From: an uncultured Clostridia bacterium
GTDB taxonomy: Bacteria; Bacillota; Clostridia; TANB77; CAG-508
Length of the DNA stretch: 64,000 bases
Direction of reading: 5' to 3'
Assembly: GCA_944393125.1 (NCBI GenBank)
Contig: CALXZB010000002.1
Coordinates: forward strand, 2,412-66,411
A model generated the notes under the pieces. The model was not told the origin of the DNA. It searched no databases and saw nothing but the letters and a program-made list of their open reading frames with translations. Made by a program: the position numbers and the translations under genes. Positions 9,001 through 18,460 of the stretch are shown here, one piece after another; within the stretch, counting starts at the first letter, position 1; every line of letters starts with the position of its first letter.

Positions 9001-11659
9001 AAGTATAACCTTCAATTTGTTCAAGTTCTTTTACACTATATTCTATAAGTTCATTATTTTCTTTTTCTGGTAAATTTGAGAAAGTATATTGCCAATTATT
9101 ATTACTATTTAACTCAACATTATCATATTCTTCACCGTTTTTTAATAAAACTATTGTTATTTTATTTGGTCTTATTCCATCTTGGTTATTCTCATCTTCC
9201 CAAATTTTTACCACTCTTAAACTAGTTGTTCCTGGTACATATGTATTTGTTATTACATACCCTGTTTCCATGTCTCCTGTTGTTTCTGAACTATATTGAG
9301 CTGGTACTTCACTTTCTTGTACTGTGTATTCTATTTCTGTTCCATTTTCATATTTAGGTAGATTTTCAAATGTATGTTTCCAATTATTTGTAGTATTTAG
9401 TCCTATATTGTCATATTCTGTTCCATCTTTTAATAAATTCACTATTATTTCATTTGGTCTTATTCCATCTTGGTTGTTTGCATCTTCCCATATTTTTTCT
9501 ACTGATACTTCTGTTGTTTCTGGTATGTATGTATTTGTTATTACATATCCTGTTTCCATGTCTCCTGTTGTTTCTGAAGCATATTGAGATGGCACTTCAC
9601 TTTCTTGTACTGTGTATTCTATTTCTGTTCCATTTTCATATTTAGGCAAATTCTCAAATGTGTGTTTCCAAGTATTTGCATTATTTAGTTTTATACTGCT
9701 TTGTTCTTCTCCATTTTTTAATAACTTCACTGTTATTTCATTTGGTCTTATTCCATCTTGGTTGTTTCCATCTTCCCATATTTTTTCTACCTTTACACTT
9801 GTTGTTTCTGGTACATATGTATTTGTTATTACATATCCATTTTCCATATTTCCTGTTGTTTCTGAAGCATATTGAGATGGCACTTCACTTTCTTGTACTG
9901 TATATTCTATTTCTGTTCCATTTTCATATTTAGGTAAATTTTCAAATTTGTATTTCCAACTATTTGTAGTATTTAGTTTTATGCTACTTTGTTTTTCTCC
10001 ATCTTTTAGTAAATCAATTGTTATTTCATTTGGTCTTATTCCATCTTGGTTGTTTCCATCTTCCCATATTTTTTCTACCTTTACACTTGTTGTTTCTGGT
10101 ACATATGTATTTGTTATTACATATCCATTTTCCATATTTCCTGTTGTTTCTGAAGCATATTGAGATGGCACTTCACTTTCTTGTACTGTATATTCTATTT
10201 CTGTTCCATTTTCATATTTAGGTAAATTTTCAAATTTGTATTTCCAACTATTTGTAGTATTTAGTTTTATGCTACTTTGTTTTTCTCCATCTTTTAGTAA
10301 ATCAATTGTTATTTCATTTGGTCTTATTCCATCTTGGTTATTCGCATCTTCCCATATTTTTTCTACTGTTACTCCTATTAATTCTGGCTCTGCTATAAAT
10401 TCCATTGAAGTTGTTACTTCCTTTTTAGAAAGTTCTGCAATTGGCTGTTCTGCAGTTAATTTTATCTGTCCATTTTCTTCTGTTCCTTGTAGCCATAAAT
10501 TTTTATTTGCAGTATAATGAACTATTTGTATTTGGACATTTACTTTTTTTCCTATATTTTTATCTATTTTTATATAAAATCCATCTGGATTTCCTATAAA
10601 GTCATTAATACTTGCATTTTCAATTATTGTGCCATTAGAATCTGTAAATTCATAATTAGTAGAAGCTATTTCTATATTATTTTCATCAGTTAATTTCATT
10701 GAAATTTTATATAAGAAATCATTATTTTTTTCTATTACTAATGGTCCAATTATGTAATTTGAATCTTTAATATTAGTATTTATTTTATATTTTCCATTTT
10801 CTTCTATTAACTTGTCTGTATTTACTTCTATTGGTGGATTATCTATTGTGTAATTATTCTCAGCAGTATATAAATTTGCTCCTTCTTTAGCTGAACTTAT
10901 TAAATAATTATATACATCTTCAGCCATGTGTCTTCTTGAATCACCTAGTATATTATAGCTTATTGCATCTGTTGTTATATTTAACCAATTTTGGCTTTCT
11001 GTTTTGTCAAAATCTCCTCCATTTGTAAAAGTCCATATTGCAACCCTTTGAATAGCCATTATATCTGCTTCTGTAAGAGCTTCTTCTCCATAAATTTTTC
11101 CAGTAGTTGAATTATAATATTCAACTGTCCCTTCATATTCATCTTTCATAACTCCAGCTTTAGCAAGATATTCATCTTTATTTTCTTCTCCCATTATGTA
11201 CATATTGTCTAAAAGCCATAATATTTCTCTATATTGATTTCCATTTACATCTAATAATTCTTTTACTATTTCATCTTCATCATTATCATTTTCAACTAAT
11301 TTACTTAATAGTTCTTCCCTTCCTTGTTGTAAATCAAAAACTATATTATATTCTAGTATTGGACTAGAACCGGTAAAATTACCCCATGATGCACCATAGT
11401 CACCTTTTAGACAATATATATCTTTTTGTGTACTACTTAATCCTCCTTGTAAAGAATCGTATGTACTCATATGCCAAATATATTTTCCTTTATTTGTTGG
11501 GTCACCTATTCCATATCCTATACCATTTGGATTTAGTGCAGATAAATTAGTATATAATTTTCCTGTTCCTGCATATGTTGAATTTGAATAAAACATCCCC
11601 ATTAATATTGCTGATATTACTCCTATTACTATTAGTATGCTTATGACTTTTTTTCTCAT
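6086..11659 (-). CDS. Giant cell-surface adhesin (signal peptide; DUF11-type FDL[AS]LRKFIT repeats; six Cna-B-type repeats; C-terminal hydrophobic anchor with KK tail)
   Basis: The 1857-aa ORF has an N-terminal signal peptide (MRKKVISILIVIGVISAILMG). It has repeated FDLSLRKFIT...YTIRVYNEGEIDGYASEITDYLP modules (DUF11 / conserved repeat domain style). It has six ~96-aa VEKIWED.NNQDGIRPNEI...ENLPKYENGTEIEYTV units (Cna-B / SpaA-like isopeptide-fold style). The C-terminus reads VISTGTAKTYF + TM + KKYVI. Confidence 0.8.
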   Translation of the reverse strand: MRKKVISILIVIGVISAILMGMFYSNSTYAGTGKLYTNLSALNPNGIGYGIGDPTNKGKYIWHMSTYDSLQGGLSSTQKDIYCLKGDYGASWGNFTGSSPILEYNIVFDLQQGREELLSKLVENDNDEDEIVKELLDVNGNQYREILWLLDNMYIMGEENKDEYLAKAGVMKDEYEGTVEYYNSTTGKIYGEEALTEADIMAIQRVAIWTFTNGGDFDKTESQNWLNITTDAISYNILGDSRRHMAEDVYNYLISSAKEGANLYTAENNYTIDNPPIEVNTDKLIEENGKYKINTNIKDSNYIIGPLVIEKNNDFLYKISMKLTDENNIEIASTNYEFTDSNGTIIENASINDFIGNPDGFYIKIDKNIGKKVNVQIQIVHYTANKNLWLQGTEENGQIKLTAEQPIAELSKKEVTTSMEFIAEPELIGVTVEKIWEDANNQDGIRPNEITIDLLKDGEKQSSIKLNTTNSWKYKFENLPKYENGTEIEYTVQESEVPSQYASETTGNMENGYVITNTYVPETTSVKVEKIWEDGNNQDGIRPNEITIDLLKDGEKQSSIKLNTTNSWKYKFENLPKYENGTEIEYTVQESEVPSQYASETTGNMENGYVITNTYVPETTSVKVEKIWEDGNNQDGIRPNEITVKLLKNGEEQSSIKLNNANTWKHTFENLPKYENGTEIEYTVQESEVPSQYASETTGDMETGYVITNTYIPETTEVSVEKIWEDANNQDGIRPNEIIVNLLKDGTEYDNIGLNTTNNWKHTFENLPKYENGTEIEYTVQESEVPAQYSSETTGDMETGYVITNTYVPGTTSLRVVKIWEDENNQDGIRPNKITIVLLKNGEEYDNVELNSNNNWQYTFSNLPEKENNELIEYSVKELEQIEGYTSMIVKNNNSNSIPEYIITNKHETKTKSIEVEKIWDDESDYDKIRPQSIIVNIKNGDQIVQSATLNKENNWNYIFTDLPVKENGIDINYEVEEVSVKGYTSTIKKDSNNENKYIITNTHIPEKTFDLALRKYITKINNNEITTLGMNTRVPQIDTKTIETKNTATYKHRKDPLEVEENDIITYSITIYNEGEKAGYASQIIDQLPEGLICMPTTSVISKDGNGVKKNTYKITYEVSTNKVILDIINTEETPAQELNPYTNGTLDSETIELKCKVVYTAKANESNILTNVAWINEAYNKEDNRIITTQIGEDIDSEPANYPKVSKDNMEDYKGNDDNPTELSNSEYFYEGQQDDDDFEKIRVKTFDLSLRKFITLINNEVLENSREPKVDITPLQNETGTTAIYNHSKVPVGLKSGDKIIYTIRVYNEGEIDGYASEITDYLPPYLEYVENSTINNKYKWKIAEDGRIAITTYLKDKELLAFDGAKIDYEDIQIECKILENAIPKENITNIAEISEYKYGEIVYSKDVDSESNNIDKNLPKDEDLPKYKEELENDIYVPGNEDDDDFEKIYVKEFDLALRKFITKVQDKDITSRIPQVKNENGVISYEHTKEPLTVHVGDIVTYTIRIYNEGEIDGYASEITDNIPEYLEYLPENSTNVEYMWKMYDENGNETANAEQAVKVKTTYLSKENGKNNLLTAFDQNTLYYRDIKISFKVKDPNSNLYIITNYAQISDDRDKDNNHIKDKDSQTDKWNDGEDDQDIENIKVEYFDLSILKFVSKVIVQENGTEKITKTGYNGHENPEPIVKVELHRKKIDEVTVKFGFGITITNEGDIPGYATEITDYIPEGLKFEQDDNPNWIDEGNNVVSTKQLENVLLQPGESKTVEVILTWINGSENLALKTNMVEISEDKNEYNVPDRDSTPNNQKEGEDDIDIAEVMLVISTGTAKTYFKLILILLGIIAIGIFLIKKYVI
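8670..10400. repeat. Tandem 288-bp repeats (six units; four nearly identical) encoding the Cna-B-type domain repeats of adhesin 1
   Basis: Plus-strand antisense ORFs recur at 9324, 9612, ~9900 and ~10188 with a 288-nt period. Two protein repeat units are 100% identical. On the coding strand these are repeats 1-6 of the adhesin. Confidence 0.75.
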
Positions 11660-11770
11660 TTTTTCTTCCCTTCTTTTGTTTCTTTTTCAATTAAATTATA
11701 CCTTTATGTCAAAAAAAAATCAATGTTTATTTTTAGAAATTATAATTTATAAAAAATATATACAAAAAAA

Positions 11771-11796
11771 GTAATACCTTTATTTTGTGGTATTAC
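11771..11796. terminator. Bidirectional hairpin terminator between the two adhesin genes
   Basis: gtaatacc-tttattttgt-ggtattac is a perfect 8-bp stem. An A-run lies before it and a T-run after it. Confidence 0.55.
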
Positions 11797-11819
11797 TTTT
11801 CTAAAATAATTCTAATTTA

Positions 11820-14800
11820 TTATATTATAAATTTTTTTATCAATATAATTCCTATTGCTATGATTGCTAATAGTCCTAATACTAATGTAAAATATGTTTT
11901 TGCACTACCTGTTGATACTGCTAATATTACTTTTGCTATATCAATATCATCTTCACCATCTTTTTTGTTATCCGGTGTTGAATCTCTATCAGGTACATCA
12001 TATTCATTTTTATCTTCAGATATTTCTGCAGTATTTGTTTTTAATGATAAATTATTCGAACCATTTATCCATGTTAATATAACTTCTACTGTTCTACTTT
12101 CACCTGGTTGTAATAAAACATTTTCTAATTGTTTTGTAGATATTACATTATTTCCTTCATCTACCCAATTTGGATTATCAGCTTGTACAAATTTTAGTCC
12201 TTCAGGTATATAATCCGTTATTTCTGTTGCATATCCTGGTATGTCTCCTTCATTTGTTATTGTAATTCCAAATCCAAATTTAACTGTAACTTTGTCTAAT
12301 TTTTTTCTATGTAATTCTACTTTTACAACTGGTTCTGGATCTTCATGTCCGTTATATCCTGTTTCCGTTATTGTTTCTTTTCCATCTTCAATAACAATTA
12401 CTTTTGTTACAAATTTTAATAGCGCTAAATCAAAATATTCTACTTTAATATTTTCAACATCTTGATCATCTTCACCATCATTCCATTGATCTGGTTCTGA
12501 GTCTTTATCTTTTACAGGATTATTGTTTTCATCTCTATCATCAGATATTTGTGCGTGATTTGTTATAATATATGAATTTGAGTTTGGATCTTTAACTTTA
12601 AATGCTATTTTTATATCTTTATATGACAATGTATTTCCATCAAATGCATTTATTAAATTATCTTCGTTGTTTTCTTTTGACAAATATGTTGTCTTGACTT
12701 TTACTGCTTGATCTACATTTTCAGTTTCATTTCCATTTTCATCATACATTTTCCACATATATTCTACATTTGTTGAATTCTCTGGTAAATATTCTAGATA
12801 TTCTGGAATATCATCACTTACTTCATTAGCATATCCAGATATTTCTCCCTCATTATATACTCTTATTGTATATATTACTATGTCCCCTACATGAACAGTT
12901 AAAGGTTCTTTTGTATGTTCATAAGAAATGCTTCCATTTTCAATATTAGGTTGTGGTATTCTGCTTGTTATTTCTTTATCTTGAACTTGTGTTATAAACT
13001 TTCTTAATGCTAAATCAAATTCTTGTATATATATTTTTTCAAAGTCATCATCATCTTCGTTTCCTGGCACATATTCTTTGTCTATTTCTTCATTTTTATA
13101 TGATGATAAGTCTTTATCTGCTGGTAGATAACCTTTGCTCTCCATATTATCTGCTGTTGAATCTATATCTTTTACTACTGTATTTCCATTATACCTATAT
13201 TCAGATATTTCAGCTATGTTTGTTTGATTTTGTTTTAGTGCTGCATTTTCTAAAACTATACATTCTATTTTTAAATCTTCATAATCTAATGTATTTCCAT
13301 CAAATGCTTTTAATTCTTTATCTCTTAAATATGTTGTTGTAACAATTCTTCCATCTTCTGAAAGTTCCCACCCATAATTATTGTTTATTTCGCTATCTTC
13401 TATATATTTCAAATATGGTGGTAAGTAATCTGTTACTTCACTTGCAAAACCATCTATACTTCCTTCATTATATACTCTTATTGTATATATTATTTTGTCT
13501 TCAACTTGAACAGATACTGGTTTTTTAGAATGTTTATATATTGCAGTAGTATCAGTTCCATTTATTAGATTTGAAACATCAACTTCAGGTTCTCTTATAT
13601 ATTTTCCATCTTTATCTTTTAGTTCTGTTCCATTTACTGAAGTAATGAATTTTCTTAAGCTTAAATCAAAATATTGTAATTGAACTCTTTCTATATCTTG
13701 ATCATCATCTGTATCAATCCATACATCAGGTGTTGAATCTATATCTTCTATATCTTTATTTCCATCTTCATCTGTATGTTCAGATATTTGTGCATAATTT
13801 ACTAATACTCTATTTGATGTTGCTTGCTCTACAACTTTACATAGCACTTGAGCATCTATATAATCAGGATTTTCTTCGTTTATTTCTCCTTCTTTATTTA
13901 GTGCTTTTAATAAATTTGCTTGATAATTAGCATCTCCTTTTTCAGCATTTAATTCTGCTCCTTGTCCTTTTGCAAACCATGTTGTTGTTATAACTTGTCT
14001 TCCATCATCATCTATTCCATCTAAACTCCAAATACCATTATATTCTTCATTGTTTACAACAAATTCTAGTCCTATTGGTAATGTATCTTTTATTTTGCTA
14101 GCATATCCATTGATTTCACCTTCATTATATACTCTTATTGTGTATAACACATAATCTCCTGGCTCAACAGTTAGTGCAGCTTTATCATCTTGTTTATATG
14201 TAATTTTTCCTGTTTCAGCATTTATTGATTGTACAACCGGCGCTCTCAAATATACTCCATCTTTGTTTCCTGTATCTGTTACATATTCTCCATTTTCAAC
14301 TATTTGATCTTTACTTATTGCTGCTATATACTTAAATAATGCTAAATCAAATACCTTTTCTATTGGATTTATAACTACTTTTTCGAAGTCATCATCATCT
14401 TGTTGTCCTTTGTAGAAATATTCATTTTGTGATAAGTCTTCAGGATTTTCACTATTTCCTTTATAGTTTTCCATATTAGATTTATTTACAACTGCATTAT
14501 TTATTTGAGGTAATGTATATGGTTCTGAATCTCTGTCTTCTCCAACATTAGTTGTTATTGTTTTATTATCTTCTACATTATAGGCTTCATTTATCCATGC
14601 TACATTTGTTAAAATAATTTGTTCTTTTGTGTCTGCTTCTTGTGCTACTTTACACTTTATTTCTATAACTTCATAATCTAAGCCATTTGAAATTGTATAA
14701 GGTTGTAAACTTTGTGCAATATTTTCAGTTGTATTTACTATTTTTAATACTATTTGATTTGTAATTGTGTTATATGACACTGTATATGTATTTTTTGCAT

Positions 14801-16403
14801 TTCCATTTTTATCTTTTGAAGTTATTGTTGATGTTGTATTTGTTGACCTTATTAGTCCTGTTGGTAATTGATCTATTATTTCTGTTGCATATCCTGCTTT
14901 ATTTCCTTCATTATAAATTCTTATTTGATATGTTATTTCATCTCCATCTTCTACTACAACTGGATCTTTTCTATGTTTATAAGTTGCTGTTGTTCCTGTA
15001 AGAAGTGTATCTAAAGATATATTAGTTAAATTTCTTGCATTTGGTATTTCTTTTTCATTACCATTTTTATCATTTAATCCAACTATATATTTTCTTAGTG
15101 CTAAGTCGAATTCCTCTGGTTTAGATATTAGATTTATAATTGTTTCTTGTTGTTGAGGAATAATTTCTACAAGTGGTTGCTCAGAATTTAATTTTATTTC
15201 ATCTTCATTTTCTGTTCCTTGTAGCCATAATTTTTTTGAAATTGTTTTATATGATATTTTTATTTCAACATCTATGCTTTCTACTTTTTCTCTAGCTACT
15301 TTTATATAAAATTTTCCTTCTAATTTTTCTATTTCATTTTTTTCTTCATTTGTAAATACATAATCTGTATTATATTCTAGTTCTTTGCCTGTTTGATCTT
15401 TTACTATTATATCTAAATTATAATTTTGTTCATTATTTTTTTGAAGTTCTATTGGTCCTATAAAATAATTTTCTCCATCTCTGTTTGCATTTATAATATA
15501 TTTATCATTTTGTATAGTCAAACCTGATGTATTTATATTTATTGGTGCCTCATTTAATTGATAACCGTTTTCAGCAGTATATTGGTTAGCACCATTTTCT
15601 GCACCTGCTATTAAAAATTTATATAAATCCATTCCTATTGCATTTCTAGATTCACTTATTGTTTTTAATTGACTATAATTTGTCCCATCAGTTGTTACAA
15701 ATAGCCAAAGATCTTCTGCTGTTTTATCATAATTCCCACCATTTGTGAAATACCATATTGCCATTTTTTGAATTGCAATAATGTCAGCTCCTGTTAATTC
15801 TTCTCCTTGAGGGTAATCAATTTCTACTCCGTTCTCTATTTTGTAGTAATATTTTTCTCCTTCATATTCATATGAAAAGATTCCTATATTTTCTAAATAT
15901 GAATCTATATCATCTCCTGATATATATGCATTATCTAAAATCCATAATATTTGTTTATATTGTTGCCCTTCAGTGTTTAATAAATCTTTTATAATTTCAT
16001 CAGCATCATTACCATTATCTTTTAATTTATTTAATAAACTTTCTCTATCAGCTTGTAAGTCATAAGATAAATTATATTCAAGTATTTCATCTTCTTTTTG
16101 TTCAGTAAACCATGTTTGTCCATAATCAGCTTTTACACAATATAATTCTTTTTGTTCTTCACTTGTAGGTCCTGTCAAGCTATCTTGTACAAGTATATTC
16201 CATATATATTCACCTTTATTACTTGATCCTCCAACTGTTGGGTTTGGATTTCCATTTCCATATCCAACTCCATTTAAGTCTGTCTTTGATAACTTAACAT
16301 ATAATGGTTCATTTTCTACTCGTGCATATGTAATTAATTGATTAGCAATAATTGTTCCTAATACTAATAATATAATTAATATGCATATTACTCTTTTTTT
16401 CAT
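11820..16403 (-). CDS. Second giant surface adhesin, tandem paralogue of 6086..11659 (DUF11-type repeats, no Cna-B array)
   Basis: The 1527-aa ORF starts with a signal peptide (MKKRVICILIILLVLGTIIA). The N-terminal ~420 aa and C-terminal ~600 aa are collinear with adhesin 1 (e.g. YCVKADYGQTW vs YCLKGDYGASW). The C-terminus reads AVSTGSAKTYF + TM + KKFII. Confidence 0.8.
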   Translation of the reverse strand: MKKRVICILIILLVLGTIIANQLITYARVENEPLYVKLSKTDLNGVGYGNGNPNPTVGGSSNKGEYIWNILVQDSLTGPTSEEQKELYCVKADYGQTWFTEQKEDEILEYNLSYDLQADRESLLNKLKDNGNDADEIIKDLLNTEGQQYKQILWILDNAYISGDDIDSYLENIGIFSYEYEGEKYYYKIENGVEIDYPQGEELTGADIIAIQKMAIWYFTNGGNYDKTAEDLWLFVTTDGTNYSQLKTISESRNAIGMDLYKFLIAGAENGANQYTAENGYQLNEAPININTSGLTIQNDKYIINANRDGENYFIGPIELQKNNEQNYNLDIIVKDQTGKELEYNTDYVFTNEEKNEIEKLEGKFYIKVAREKVESIDVEIKISYKTISKKLWLQGTENEDEIKLNSEQPLVEIIPQQQETIINLISKPEEFDLALRKYIVGLNDKNGNEKEIPNARNLTNISLDTLLTGTTATYKHRKDPVVVEDGDEITYQIRIYNEGNKAGYATEIIDQLPTGLIRSTNTTSTITSKDKNGNAKNTYTVSYNTITNQIVLKIVNTTENIAQSLQPYTISNGLDYEVIEIKCKVAQEADTKEQIILTNVAWINEAYNVEDNKTITTNVGEDRDSEPYTLPQINNAVVNKSNMENYKGNSENPEDLSQNEYFYKGQQDDDDFEKVVINPIEKVFDLALFKYIAAISKDQIVENGEYVTDTGNKDGVYLRAPVVQSINAETGKITYKQDDKAALTVEPGDYVLYTIRVYNEGEINGYASKIKDTLPIGLEFVVNNEEYNGIWSLDGIDDDGRQVITTTWFAKGQGAELNAEKGDANYQANLLKALNKEGEINEENPDYIDAQVLCKVVEQATSNRVLVNYAQISEHTDEDGNKDIEDIDSTPDVWIDTDDDQDIERVQLQYFDLSLRKFITSVNGTELKDKDGKYIREPEVDVSNLINGTDTTAIYKHSKKPVSVQVEDKIIYTIRVYNEGSIDGFASEVTDYLPPYLKYIEDSEINNNYGWELSEDGRIVTTTYLRDKELKAFDGNTLDYEDLKIECIVLENAALKQNQTNIAEISEYRYNGNTVVKDIDSTADNMESKGYLPADKDLSSYKNEEIDKEYVPGNEDDDDFEKIYIQEFDLALRKFITQVQDKEITSRIPQPNIENGSISYEHTKEPLTVHVGDIVIYTIRVYNEGEISGYANEVSDDIPEYLEYLPENSTNVEYMWKMYDENGNETENVDQAVKVKTTYLSKENNEDNLINAFDGNTLSYKDIKIAFKVKDPNSNSYIITNHAQISDDRDENNNPVKDKDSEPDQWNDGEDDQDVENIKVEYFDLALLKFVTKVIVIEDGKETITETGYNGHEDPEPVVKVELHRKKLDKVTVKFGFGITITNEGDIPGYATEITDYIPEGLKFVQADNPNWVDEGNNVISTKQLENVLLQPGESRTVEVILTWINGSNNLSLKTNTAEISEDKNEYDVPDRDSTPDNKKDGEDDIDIAKVILAVSTGSAKTYFTLVLGLLAIIAIGIILIKKFII

Positions 16404-16535
16404 ATTTAATCTCTCCTAATACAAACTTTTATACATTATCTATTATACCTTTTTTACACTCTAAAATCAACATTTTTGTAATATTTTTTTGAAATTGTCA
16501 TATGTTTTAATAATTGATTTTACAGGAGGCTTATA

Positions 16536-17786
16536 GTGAAACTTTATAAAGTATTTTTAGTGTTTGTTTTTGTTGTTTTATCTTTTAATTGTTTTGTATT
16601 AGCTGATGATGAAAATGAAGAAATAGTAAATAATGTATCTTCACTTATTGAAGTTTCATCTAATATTACGGAAGAGCCTACTATCAATTCTAGATCTGCT
16701 ATTATCTATGATCGTACTTCTGGTTCTGTTTTATACGGAAAAAGTGAAAATGAGAAAAGAAAGATGGCTTCAACTACCAAAATTATGACTGCTATTATTG
16801 TTATTGAAAATTCAAATCTTGATGATATTGTAACAATTTCCTCAAAATCTGCGGGAACTGGTGGTTCAAGACTTGGTCTTCATACAAATGACAAAATTTC
16901 TGTTAGAGATTTACTTTATGGATTATTATTATGTTCTGGAAATGATGCAGCTGTTGCTCTGGCAGAATATGTTGGTGGTGATGTATCAAATTTTGCAACT
17001 TTAATGAACAATAAAAGTAAATCACTTGGGCTATATTCAACTCATTTTGTTACACCTCATGGTTTAGATAATGATGACCATTATACTACTGCATATGAAC
17101 TTGCCGTTATAACAGATTATGCTCTAAAGAACGAAATTTTCTCAAATTTTGTTGGCACAAAGAATCATACTGTCTATATTAACGGTAATCCAAAAAATCT
17201 TTCTAATACAAATGAACTTCTAGGAAATTTAAATGGTGTATATGGAGTAAAAACAGGCTTTACTAATGGTGCTAATAGATGTCTTGTAACAGCTGTAAAA
17301 CGTAATAATATGGATTTAATTTGTGTAGTTCTTGGTGCAGATACAAAAAAAGATAGAACACAAGATAGCATTAAGTTAATTGAATATGCTTTTAATAATT
17401 TTGAAATGGTTAATATTAAAGATAAAATACTAAATGAATTTGAAAATTGGAAATTGTGCAATTCTTCTAGTTTTGTTGTAAAAAAAGGATTATCTAATAA
17501 TATAGATATTTTTTTAGCAGATTTACCTTTTGATTTTTTTCCAGTAAACAGTAATCATATTAATGATATTAGCATATATATATATTGTAAGAAAAATTTT
17601 GAAGCACCTTTACAATCTGAAACTGCAATAGGTTATCTTACTGTTAGTGTTCATAATAAAAACATACTTAGTTTAGATATATTTAATTCCAATGAAATTT
17701 TACATAAAAGCTGGATGAATTTTTACAATACTATGTTCAAAGATTATATTTTACATTTAGAATCTTTACTGTATGAAAAAATTTGA
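16536..17786 (+). CDS. D-alanyl-D-alanine carboxypeptidase (S11 / low-MW PBP5-type, with a PBP5 C-terminal domain)
   Basis: GTG start. It has a signal peptide, SxxK (ASTTKIMT), SxN (CSGNDAA) and KTG (KTGFT) motifs in canonical order, plus a C-terminal extra domain. Confidence 0.8.
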   Translation: MKLYKVFLVFVFVVLSFNCFVLADDENEEIVNNVSSLIEVSSNITEEPTINSRSAIIYDRTSGSVLYGKSENEKRKMASTTKIMTAIIVIENSNLDDIVTISSKSAGTGGSRLGLHTNDKISVRDLLYGLLLCSGNDAAVALAEYVGGDVSNFATLMNNKSKSLGLYSTHFVTPHGLDNDDHYTTAYELAVITDYALKNEIFSNFVGTKNHTVYINGNPKNLSNTNELLGNLNGVYGVKTGFTNGANRCLVTAVKRNNMDLICVVLGADTKKDRTQDSIKLIEYAFNNFEMVNIKDKILNEFENWKLCNSSSFVVKKGLSNNIDIFLADLPFDFFPVNSNHINDISIYIYCKKNFEAPLQSETAIGYLTVSVHNKNILSLDIFNSNEILHKSWMNFYNTMFKDYILHLESLLYEKI

Positions 17787-17848
17787 TATTTATAGTATTG
17801 ACAAATTTTAATTATTTTGTTATTATTATTAAGTCATTGATAAATTTT

Positions 17849-17922
17849 GCAGGTATAGTTTAGTGGTAAAACATAACCTTGCCAAGGTTGAGTTACGGGT
17901 CCGATTCCCGTTACCTGCTCCA
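17849..17922 (+). tRNA. tRNA-Gly (anticodon GCC)
   Basis: The gene is 74 nt. The 7-bp acceptor stem gcaggta/tacctgc is followed by discriminator t and an encoded CCA. The anticodon loop ttGCCaa, the D-loop agtttagtggtaa and the T-loop ggtccgattcc are all present. Confidence 0.85.
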
Positions 17923-17937
17923 GCTAATTTATTAAAT

Positions 17938-18011
17938 GGCGACATAGCCAAGTGGTAAGGCACGAGTCTGCAAAACTCTGATCCCCGGTCCGAATCCGGG
18001 TGTCGCCTCCA
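17938..18011 (+). tRNA. tRNA-Cys (anticodon GCA)
   Basis: The gene is 74 nt. The acceptor stem ggcgaca/tgtcgcc is followed by t and CCA. The anticodon loop is ctGCAaa. The T-arm is ccggtccgaatccgg. Confidence 0.85.
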
Positions 18012-18015
18012 ATTT

Positions 18016-18050
18016 AAAAATACTGTTCTGTAAGACAGTATTTTATTTTT
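18016..18050 (+). terminator. Rho-independent terminator after the tRNA pair
   Basis: atactgtt-ctgtaag-acagtat is a hairpin followed by a tttatttt U-run. Confidence 0.6.
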
Positions 18051-18054
18051 ATAT

Positions 18055-18321
18055 TTGATACAAAATATCATAGATTATTATAAAATAATGAATATTAATG
18101 AAAGAGATATTGTTTATGGAAAAGATGATTTGAAAATAGCTATAAAAGATATAGAAAACGGCGACAATTTAATTGAAGTAGAAACAGTATCAAATAATGT
18201 TAATATTGATACAATAGAAAAATTAAAAAAGAAAATTATTAATTTGCAAATTCCTGTTAATGCTAGCAATTTTTTTGTAAAAAAAGCAGAAATAAAATTA
18301 GATAAAATACTTAAAAGATAA
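18055..18321 (+). CDS. Hypothetical small lysine-rich protein (88 aa from TTG, or 78 aa from the internal ATG). This is a doubtful gene.
   Basis: An open frame of 267 nt is notable in stop-codon-rich AT DNA. However, no Shine-Dalgarno precedes either start and no family was recognised. Confidence 0.3.
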   Translation: MIQNIIDYYKIMNINERDIVYGKDDLKIAIKDIENGDNLIEVETVSNNVNIDTIEKLKKKIINLQIPVNASNFFVKKAEIKLDKILKR

Positions 18322-18425
18322 ACCTTTTAATTTAATATTGAAAACTAAAAGTTGACAAGCATTTTTATTTATAAGAAATAATGCAAGTGTTTTTGTATAC
18401 AAATGTAAAAGTTATTGGAAAATAT

Positions 18426-18454
18426 TTGACAAATATAAAAAAAAATGTTATTAT
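18426..18454 (+). promoter_or_regulatory. Strong sigma-A-type promoter with an extended -10
   Basis: TTGACA (18426-18431), then a 17-nt spacer, then TGtTATTAT (TG at 18446-18447, -10 at 18449-18454). Confidence 0.55.
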
Positions 18455-18460
18455 ATAGTT

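Noticed and set aside
9324-10517. Regularly spaced plus-strand ORFs of 60-93 aa (at 9324, 9454, 9612, 9658, 9948, 10018 and 10236). They are Leu/Phe-rich and look like a repeated gene family or a CRISPR-like array.
   Set aside because: They are antisense and frame-shifted readings of the 288-bp Cna-B coding repeats of the minus-strand adhesin. The periodicity comes from the protein repeat. It is not a CRISPR array: the repeats are long and contiguous with no spacers.
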